Below are positions 24,718 to 30,757 of a stretch of 30,757 nt of DNA, one piece after another. The translations under genes and the position numbers were made by a program. A model generated the notes under the pieces. That model was not told the origin of the DNA. It worked only from the letters and a program-made list of their open reading frames with translations, and ran no database searches. Numbering within the stretch: position 1 is the first letter of the stretch; every line of letters begins with the position of its first letter. Source of the stretch: a virus (lineage: Duplodnaviria; Caudoviricetes); the IMG/VR virus record IMGVR_UViG_3300034781_000018, positions 1 through 30,757 of that record. The stretch is one strand, 5' to 3'.

Positions 24718-25722
24718 ATGATTACCAAACAATTGATGGAACGCCTTTTCCCAACGAAAGGCTTGAATCCGCGAAAATACAATTTAGTCCGGGAACGCGG
24801 TAAATTAATCGACGCGCTCAATCGTATTCTGCCGAAATACGGCATTAACAACTTTAAGCGCGTAACGGCTTTTCTCGGTAATTGCGGCATCGAGACGGAT
24901 TACTTCCGCACGACCGAAGAATACGCTTCCGGATGGGATTACGATGTCTCGCAAAATCCGGCAAAAGCAAAAAAACTCGGTAATTACAAATTCGGAGACG
25001 GTCCGAAATATAAAGGCGGCGGTCTGACGCAAACGACCGGCGGCTACAATTACGGCGAGCTGAACAAATCAATTGGCAAGAAGCTCGGCGTTGACTTTAA
25101 GAAAAATCCGGAACTGCTGCGCGAAAACATCGAAATCGCCGTCGAATCGGCTTGTATTTTCTGGGACGATCATAAATTGAACGCCTACGCCGACAGCGGC
25201 GAATTCAAAAAATTATCGGCAATCGTCAATCGCGGCGACGAGAATTTGATTCCGCTGCACTGGGCGAAGCGAAACGAGCTTTACAGCCTTTGCAAGCGAG
25301 TCGTGCCTCAAGACTTCTTCCTGGATGAAATGAAACCCGCATCAATCGTTTCTGCTCCTCCGACCGCAGCCGTTGATCAACCGGTTGAAAACGGCGCTGT
25401 AGATACAGCCAATACTTTAGCTTTGACTCCTACCGATAATTCTCAGCCGGCAGTCGAGCAAAAATCCAAAGTAAAGGAATTCAGCGAAAAATATCTGAAG
25501 CACTGCCCGCAGGATACTGTGAAAAATATTCTCGGCGTTATTGCCGGAAGGATTTTGAGCGGAATTACAACGCTGTGGGCTTTTGGTTTAAGCGGCAAGA
25601 TATTTCTGATCGCCGTCTCGATTATCGCAGTCGGCTGCTGCATTTACGCGCTTTATTACTACTCGACCCGGATTTTCGGCTGGCTTCAGGACCTTGCCGA
25701 TTCACTTATTTTAATCAGGTAA
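24718..25722 (+). CDS. Endolysin, glycoside hydrolase family 19, with C-terminal TM segments
   Basis: AFLGN..IET..F....E, LGN...GDG.KYKG.G..Q.TG..NY, FW....LN..AD. Confidence 0.88.
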   Translation: MITKQLMERLFPTKGLNPRKYNLVRERGKLIDALNRILPKYGINNFKRVTAFLGNCGIETDYFRTTEEYASGWDYDVSQNPAKAKKLGNYKFGDGPKYKGGGLTQTTGGYNYGELNKSIGKKLGVDFKKNPELLRENIEIAVESACIFWDDHKLNAYADSGEFKKLSAIVNRGDENLIPLHWAKRNELYSLCKRVVPQDFFLDEMKPASIVSAPPTAAVDQPVENGAVDTANTLALTPTDNSQPAVEQKSKVKEFSEKYLKHCPQDTVKNILGVIAGRILSGITTLWAFGLSGKIFLIAVSIIAVGCCIYALYYYSTRIFGWLQDLADSLILIR

Positions 25723-25726
25723 AGTT

Positions 25727-26215
25727 ATGGAAAACTTCAAAGAAAACTTCAAAGAAATTTTCAAAAAATATCTCTGGCTAGTCATACTGGTCAGTCTTTT
25801 CGCCGTTGGTTCGGTTGTTTTCTGGATCGGCGGCGTGCTCGAAGAAAATAAAACCGCTCAAAGCGTTCAGACAAGTCAATCAAATTCGCAGGCGGCTGTA
25901 TTGGAAGCGCAAACCAACACACAGCAGGCAGCAAATGTATCAGTCGAGCGGCGAACCGAAGACGGCGTTCGGGCGCGCGTCATCATCCCCAAACTCGAAG
26001 ACTCTCGCCGAAGGTCACAACAATCAAAAATCGACATTAAAATAGCAGAGGAAAAATACTCCGATGAAAATATTACGCATGAAAACATTTCTAATAGCCG
26101 CTCTCGTAATTGTGAGCAGCTCGCCCGTTTTTACCCAAACCGTCAGTTCGAATACTGCTCAGGCGTCGCCGTCGCCGACTCCGGAAGCGGTTCAAACGCA
26201 AACGGAAACAATTAA
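25727..26215 (+). CDS. Putative inner-membrane spanin-like protein
   Basis: N-terminal TM helix plus coiled coil, directly after the endolysin. Confidence 0.6.
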   Translation: MENFKENFKEIFKKYLWLVILVSLFAVGSVVFWIGGVLEENKTAQSVQTSQSNSQAAVLEAQTNTQQAANVSVERRTEDGVRARVIIPKLEDSRRRSQQSKIDIKIAEEKYSDENITHENISNSRSRNCEQLARFYPNRQFEYCSGVAVADSGSGSNANGNN

Positions 26216-26567
26216 AACCGACGAAACGATTTCCTTTCTTTTACAGGACAACGAAAACAAGCGAGCTTTAATTTTCGAGCACCAAAAGAGAATCACGTAT
26301 CTTGAAACTCAAATCGCGCTCGAACAGGAAAATTCCACTTCACTCGGCAAATCCTACGATGCGGCGCAAACGGAAATTTCTTTTTTGAAGAAATCGAATG
26401 AAGCATACACGCGCGCTATCGCGACGAACGAGCAAACCATCGCGATGCTGCAATCGGATAATGTCAAACAAAGGGAAAAGGCGAAAAAAGCGGTCAAAGA
26501 CAAGTGGAAAGCTTATGCCGCAGCAGCAGTTTCTCTTGCCGTCACGTTTTTAATTCCGAAACTGTAG
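26064..26567 (+). CDS. Signal peptide plus coiled coil plus C-terminal TM protein (spanin-partner candidate)
   Basis: GAGGA SD; overlaps the previous gene by 152 nt in another frame; no lipobox Cys. Confidence 0.65.
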   Translation: MKILRMKTFLIAALVIVSSSPVFTQTVSSNTAQASPSPTPEAVQTQTETIKTDETISFLLQDNENKRALIFEHQKRITYLETQIALEQENSTSLGKSYDAAQTEISFLKKSNEAYTRAIATNEQTIAMLQSDNVKQREKAKKAVKDKWKAYAAAAVSLAVTFLIPKL

Positions 26568-26590
26568 TTTATAAGTCACAAGGTGACTCA

Positions 26591-26641
26591 CTTTTCACTT
26601 TTATTTTTTCTGAAAAGAACGCCCGCCGGCAGTCGTAAACT
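26591..26641 (+). promoter_or_regulatory. Putative late promoter 4
   Basis: 30 bp identical to the copy at 23661; TAAACT 26636-26641. Confidence 0.8.
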
Positions 26642-26701
26642 CCCACTAGCGAATACTTTTTACGCTTTACAACCAGGTAAACAAACCAAAAGGAAACCAC
26701 A

Positions 26702-27034
26702 ATGAAACTGATAAAAACATTTCTTTCAATAATGATTTTCGCTGTTTTCGCCGCTTTCAGCGTTCCGGCGCAAGCTCAGCAGAAGACAATTATCCTTCCG
26801 GTGAAAACCGAAAAAATCACATCGAAGCCATCCGTTAAAACTTCCGTTGCTCAAAATTTTCATAGAACCGATTCTCTGGTTATGTACGAGAGATTTCAGG
26901 GACTGGACCTTAGCCGCGTCCGGATGTCGATTTTGATCATCAAGGAAAAATTCCAGCCGCTGAAATTGCGCGCTTCGAAGTTTTTAGGAGCTCAGATAAT
27001 TATTCCGTTCAAACAGGAATTCGTTTACGCCTGA
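26702..27034 (+). CDS. Secreted protein with signal peptide
   Basis: MKLIKTFLSIMIFAVFAAFSVPAQA cleavage motif; AAGGA SD. Confidence 0.75.
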   Translation: MKLIKTFLSIMIFAVFAAFSVPAQAQQKTIILPVKTEKITSKPSVKTSVAQNFHRTDSLVMYERFQGLDLSRVRMSILIIKEKFQPLKLRASKFLGAQIIIPFKQEFVYA

Positions 27035-27085
27035 CCGAAACGCATCCTCGATTAACAAACATTTTTATTTAAATATTCACCCGTC

Positions 27086-27268
27086 ATGGACAACCTCAAA
27101 TCTTTAGTCGTATCAGTCATACCCAGCTCTCCGGCGTTTTATGTCGCCGTTGAATTTCCTTCAGCAACGACAATCATCACGACTATCGTTTTGCCGGTTG
27201 TCTTTTTCATTCTCTCGAAAACCGTTGACGTTTTGGTGCAGTTTTATTTCAAAAGAAAAGGTAAATGA
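27086..27268 (+). CDS. Small membrane protein, holin candidate
   Basis: Hydrophobic segments, basic C-terminus KRKGK; ATGA overlap with the next gene. Confidence 0.55.
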   Translation: MDNLKSLVVSVIPSSPAFYVAVEFPSATTIITTIVLPVVFFILSKTVDVLVQFYFKRKGK

Positions 27269-27840
27269 GCTTAACCGCCGAGCAAGAATTAATTATCAGA
27301 AAAAGGCTTGCCGAAAAATGCGCTAATGTGCCGGAAGCCGGTTTCATCATTCCCGCTCCTATTTTCTTTAAGAATAAAGCCGATTTCTGGGCGCAGATCA
27401 ACGGTCTGGCGGTTAACACGCAAAGACAAATTGAAACGACGAATATCGCTTTCTGCTGCATCTCGCTGCTGCAGCGTGTTGATTCAAAAAAAGAAGGCTG
27501 CCCGGACAATCCGCTTATCCGGCTGACTTACAACTTTTATTTTTATCGCGGCTACGACATCGAGCGCGAAGACGAACGGGAAACTCCGGATGATTTTCTA
27601 AAGCGCACATTGAAAACTTACAACCTGTTCGTCCGTGCTGTGATGGACGTCTGGAACGAGTTTTTAGGATTGCAGAATGTCCCGGAATTTCCCGCTGAAG
27701 AAATGGACGTGAACACCAATTCGATGACTCAAGCAGAATTCATCAGCGAAAAAGGATCCTGCCGCTATATCAAAGGCATTGAAGGTCACAGCGTCAATTT
27801 ACAGTCGGTTGTCGAGGTTTTGATTTATGCGGAAAGCTGA
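27265..27840 (+). CDS. Putative tail terminator/completion protein
   Basis: Position shortly before the tail tube and alpha/beta pattern; positional call. Confidence 0.5.
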   Translation: MSLTAEQELIIRKRLAEKCANVPEAGFIIPAPIFFKNKADFWAQINGLAVNTQRQIETTNIAFCCISLLQRVDSKKEGCPDNPLIRLTYNFYFYRGYDIEREDERETPDDFLKRTLKTYNLFVRAVMDVWNEFLGLQNVPEFPAEEMDVNTNSMTQAEFISEKGSCRYIKGIEGHSVNLQSVVEVLIYAES

Positions 27841-28078
27841 AAAACAAGTAATCCGGTTCGTCGGTAAAAGGAAACGGATCGACCCGAAAACCGGACGCGA
27901 ACGCCTCGTTCTGGCTGTTGCGACAAGGCAGCGACTTAACGGCAATCGAGTTATCGAACTGCCATCGGACGCCGTTCAAAAGCGCGGGTTTACGCACATG
28001 GACGCGGAGTTTTTATTAAAGACTTATCCGAAAGAGTTTAAGAAAAAAGTTACAAAAGGAAAAACAGAAAAAAGGTAA
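27827..28078 (+). CDS. Small basic hypothetical protein
   Basis: GAGG SD; overlapping operon packing. Confidence 0.7.
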   Translation: MRKAEKQVIRFVGKRKRIDPKTGRERLVLAVATRQRLNGNRVIELPSDAVQKRGFTHMDAEFLLKTYPKEFKKKVTKGKTEKR

Positions 28079-28083
28079 TTATT

Positions 28084-29436
28084 ATGGGAAATAAAAGATG
28101 GCGCAAAATTAATCAGTTTTTCGTCGTATCCGGAATCGGTAAAAAACAGACGGCGGCGACCGCTGACGGCGGAACGTTTTTAGCGGACGCAGATCTCGAC
28201 ACGTTGGAGCCGTGCGAGATGGAAATGGATTTAGTCGTCGAGCGCGGCGAGGAAAGAAACTGCGACGGACGCGATCTTATCGGTCAGCCGGTGAAATCGA
28301 GAATGCGCAGGTTTCGCCTGACTTACAATCGTTTTACTCCGCTGCAGGCGGCTCGAATGCTCGCTTATAAGGAAGGCGCCGTCACAGCGCCGACCGGAGC
28401 GCCTGCCAACGAAGTGCAGACTTTATCTCGAACCGGCGACGTGACGGGCGGAACGTTTACAATCTCGCTTTCACTCGAAGGACGTTCGGGCTCGACCAAA
28501 CCGATTGCTTACAACGCGACGACGGCGCAGATTCTCGCCGCCATTACCGGCGCGCTCGGCACGCTGGGAAAAGTCATTCAGCCGGGAGACGTGACAATCG
28601 GAGGCTCATGGGGCGCAGGCATCACTTTGACATTCGCGCGTCGCCTGAGAAACGCCAATATTCCGCTCGTTACCATTAACAATGCCGCGATTACCGGCGG
28701 CGGAACAGTTACGGCTGCTCAAACGACAGCCGGCGATAATTACTTCCACACAATTCGCCGCTCGGCGGACGGAAGCAAACCGCATTTCACTTTCGCTACC
28801 GGCGATAAAGGCGGCACAATCGCCACTCAGAAATACGGCGACGCGGTTGTCGAATCGGTTGATTTTGCCTGCAATCCGGATCAAACCGATGTGCAGATGA
28901 TCGTAGTAATTGCGAGCAGCTTTAACCCGGATGAAGTTTCCGATTTCGCTGTTCCGGCGTGCGTCAATCTGCCGGCAGTCAAAGTCACGGATACGAGAAT
29001 TAAAATCGCCGGCAATTTCGAGCATCGTGATTTGGTAAATCATGCGATCAATTTGAACGACAATGTTCCGGTTAAAGCGGCTTTTTCATACGACGATATT
29101 GATGTTTCATCGGCTTTCGTTTCCGGCGATCAGCCGACGCAGGAATTTACGACCGAGGTTTTCGGAGATTCTGATCACGCGCTGCACGAGCTGGCTTTGA
29201 ACGAATACGTCGAAGGTAACGAAGTCGAATTCATCACTCATTTCGGCAATCCGGGCAATCGTATTTCGGTTATCGGCGACGAAACGAAAATCAAGCCGCA
29301 GGCTCAGCTCGAAGGCTTCTCCGGAGAAGCGAATCAATCGACGATAAAAATTGCCGGAACGCCGTTTGGTATAACCGATATTCCGGTTCGCTACGAATTT
29401 ATTGGAGACCAGTCGGTCAGTTTCCTTTCGGTTTAA
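28084..29436 (+). CDS. Major tail (tube) protein with inserted beta domain
   Basis: Thr/Gly-rich, immediately upstream of the frameshifted chaperone pair; NEVQTL...GGTFT....IAYNA insert. Confidence 0.75.
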   Translation: MGNKRWRKINQFFVVSGIGKKQTAATADGGTFLADADLDTLEPCEMEMDLVVERGEERNCDGRDLIGQPVKSRMRRFRLTYNRFTPLQAARMLAYKEGAVTAPTGAPANEVQTLSRTGDVTGGTFTISLSLEGRSGSTKPIAYNATTAQILAAITGALGTLGKVIQPGDVTIGGSWGAGITLTFARRLRNANIPLVTINNAAITGGGTVTAAQTTAGDNYFHTIRRSADGSKPHFTFATGDKGGTIATQKYGDAVVESVDFACNPDQTDVQMIVVIASSFNPDEVSDFAVPACVNLPAVKVTDTRIKIAGNFEHRDLVNHAINLNDNVPVKAAFSYDDIDVSSAFVSGDQPTQEFTTEVFGDSDHALHELALNEYVEGNEVEFITHFGNPGNRISVIGDETKIKPQAQLEGFSGEANQSTIKIAGTPFGITDIPVRYEFIGDQSVSFLSV

Positions 29437-29551
29437 TTTCACTTTTGGCAGGTAACCGCGAATAAGCAGCCATTGATAAGTGGAAAGCGGGCGGTCGGGG
29501 AAGTATGCGGAAAGGCTTCCAATAATAAAATTCAAATTTAATCAGGATTAT

Positions 29552-29887
29552 ATGAGCCAAAATCAAGAAAATTCAGAAACGAACAATGCCGATATCAGTT
29601 TTGAAGTCGGATTTAGAAATAATAAAACGCGTTTTGACCTGCGTATGATTTCAATAGCGGAAGAAGAAGAAATCAGGCTGAAATTTACGGACATTGCCGA
29701 TTCAGATTCCGAAAAGGAGGAAAAGGAATACGAAATTTGTTTGGAGGCATTAACTAAATTTTCAGTTAAATTGGAATCTGGTTTCCGAACGAAATTCAGC
29801 GATAGAACCGTTACAAATGAGCGAATAATCCGCGCTGCGTATCGTGAATTCAGATCGGCGCTCACACCGGAAGTAACTTTTTTATAG
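29552..29887 (+). CDS. Tail assembly chaperone (gpG-like)
   Basis: Acidic protein after the tail tube, ending at a slippery heptamer; start placed at the ATG at 29552. Confidence 0.75.
   Translation: MSQNQENSETNNADISFEVGFRNNKTRFDLRMISIAEEEEIRLKFTDIADSDSEKEEKEYEICLEALTKFSVKLESGFRTKFSDRTVTNERIIRAAYREFRSALTPEVTFL
29878..29884 (+). other. -1 programmed ribosomal frameshift site T TTT TTA
   Basis: In-frame X XXY YYZ heptamer directly before TAG; the -1 frame reads ATA GCA TTT CGG GTA ATG into ORF 29899..30285. Confidence 0.85.
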
Positions 29888-30285
29888 CATTTCGGGTAAT
29901 GGCTTGGCGTTATTTGTATTACCGTCAAACCATTCAAAAACTGCATCCGAGATTTTATTCGTGCCCGACGGAATGCGCTTACGATCAGGCAAAACCTTTT
30001 GATATTTATCGAAGCAAGTTTTGCGACGGATGTGATAAAAAAACTCTCGAAGAACGGCTTCGTGAGAAAGTTATAGAACACTGGCGGAAAAGATTAGGCG
30101 ATAAGTCCGAAAAATTTCATTTCGATCATGTGTTTTCAACTCTAAAAAGCGTCATCGGTTTTGAAAACTTGCCGGTTGAAAAACTATCGGTAAAAACATC
30201 GTATCTGCTTAATGTGTATTTAGACGAAAAGAATAAATACGAATTCATTAAGAGTTACGAGCGTGAGAAGGAAAACGACAAATAG
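29884..30285 (+). CDS. C-terminal (gpT-like) part of the frameshifted tail chaperone
   Basis: Open -1 frame continuous from the slippery site; weak SD before the ATG at 29899. Confidence 0.75.
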   Translation: MAFRVMAWRYLYYRQTIQKLHPRFYSCPTECAYDQAKPFDIYRSKFCDGCDKKTLEERLREKVIEHWRKRLGDKSEKFHFDHVFSTLKSVIGFENLPVEKLSVKTSYLLNVYLDEKNKYEFIKSYEREKENDK

Positions 30286-30286
30286 C

Positions 30287-30399
30287 TTGACCTTTCTCAA
30301 GCTTTAGTAATACATTACAGTTAAATTCTCCTTTAATGGAAAATGGGCTGGCTCGATCGGCGTGTGGTGGGACACTCAATGATCGAGCCTTATTATTTT
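30287..30399 (+). ncRNA. Candidate small RNA or terminator with its own promoter
   Basis: TTGACC 30287, 18 bp, TACATT 30311; stem GGCTCGATC/GATCGAGCC 30350-30389 with inner GTGT/ACAC, then T-rich tail. Confidence 0.4.
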
Positions 30400-30496
30400 A
30401 AATATTAGCTGCGTAAAAACTTGTTGTTTTTCGTTCAATCAAACTGTTATATTGGTTACGGCTACTCAATAAACCTACCTAAAGGAAATCAACTCA

Positions 30497-30757
30497 ATGA
30501 ACTCTCTCAAATGTCCTTCCTGCGGACTAGTCAATTTCGCCGGCGAAACGAATTGTAAAAGATGTCACAGCGATTTATCAGTTACGACTCCTGCTGTTCA
30601 CGTGCCGGCACAAATCGTTCATTCGCCAAGTTATCCCATTTTTAACGCTCCGGTGCAAGCACTTGTCAAATGTCCTTTTTGCAGCTCGACGGCTGGAGTA
30701 AGAGTCGTAAACCAAACAACCACCGGCGGTATTATACTCTTCATCGTTTTGCTGTTA
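30497..30757 (+). CDS. Zinc-ribbon plus LITAF-like membrane protein (partial, moron)
   Basis: MNSLKCPSCGLVNFAGETNCKRC...KCPFC...GGIILFIVLLL runs off the window; AAGGA SD; extended -10 TGtTATATT at 30445-30453. Confidence 0.75.
   Translation, partial: MNSLKCPSCGLVNFAGETNCKRCHSDLSVTTPAVHVPAQIVHSPSYPIFNAPVQALVKCPFCSSTAGVRVVNQTTTGGIILFIVLLL

Larger units (their letters stand above)
1..30757. mobile_element. Temperate tailed phage/prophage (siphovirus-like), internal segment from immunity region to tail chaperones
   Basis: Lambdoid gene order: switch, replication, nuclease/MTase, TerS/TerL, portal, protease, capsid, head-tail, lysis, tail tube, tail chaperone. Ends are not in the window. Confidence 0.95.

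Noticed and set aside
24555-24803. 82-aa TTG-start ORF with a hydrophobic stretch as a holin
   Set aside because: No SD and it overlaps the endolysin by 86 nt; possible but not supportable.
29437-29551. GC-rich intergenic stretch as a c-di-GMP riboswitch or ncRNA
   Set aside because: I cannot match GEMM consensus elements or a convincing long stem by eye.
1-30757. Integrase/att sites, tRNA genes, IS elements, diversity-generating retroelement, introns/inteins
   Set aside because: No recombinase, transposase, reverse transcriptase, cloverleaf or split core gene was seen in this window.

Overview
The whole window is the internal part of a temperate tailed (siphovirus-like) prophage. No integrase, att site or tape-measure gene falls inside it. 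From left to right: (1) a lysis/lysogeny switch built from two divergent ribbon-helix-helix (Arc/Mnt-like) genes with TTGTA-N2-TACAA operators; (2) an early operon with an Xis/Cox-like HTH, a stand-alone GGDEF protein, a large ParB-family protein, a replication initiator with five internal iterons, and many small Cys-rich proteins; (3) an antisense methyltransferase/Mrr-like fusion, a VRR-NUC nuclease, an XRE regulator and a Dam-family methylase; (4) a winged-helix candidate late activator; (5) packaging and head genes (DUF2280-like TerS, PBSX-type TerL, HK97-type portal, protease and capsid), split by a ~4 kb accessory island (SWIM protein, acidic protein ending in the SSB-tail motif DDDIPF, TIR-domain protein); (6) head-tail genes with an embedded lysis cassette, then the tail tube and a tail chaperone with a -1 frameshift. 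The most striking unannotated signal is a dyad CTTTTCA-N13-TGAAAA(G/C), present four times. Each copy is followed at near-fixed spacing by a -10 hexamer and heads a late gene block. All family calls come from motif recognition by eye; no searches were run.
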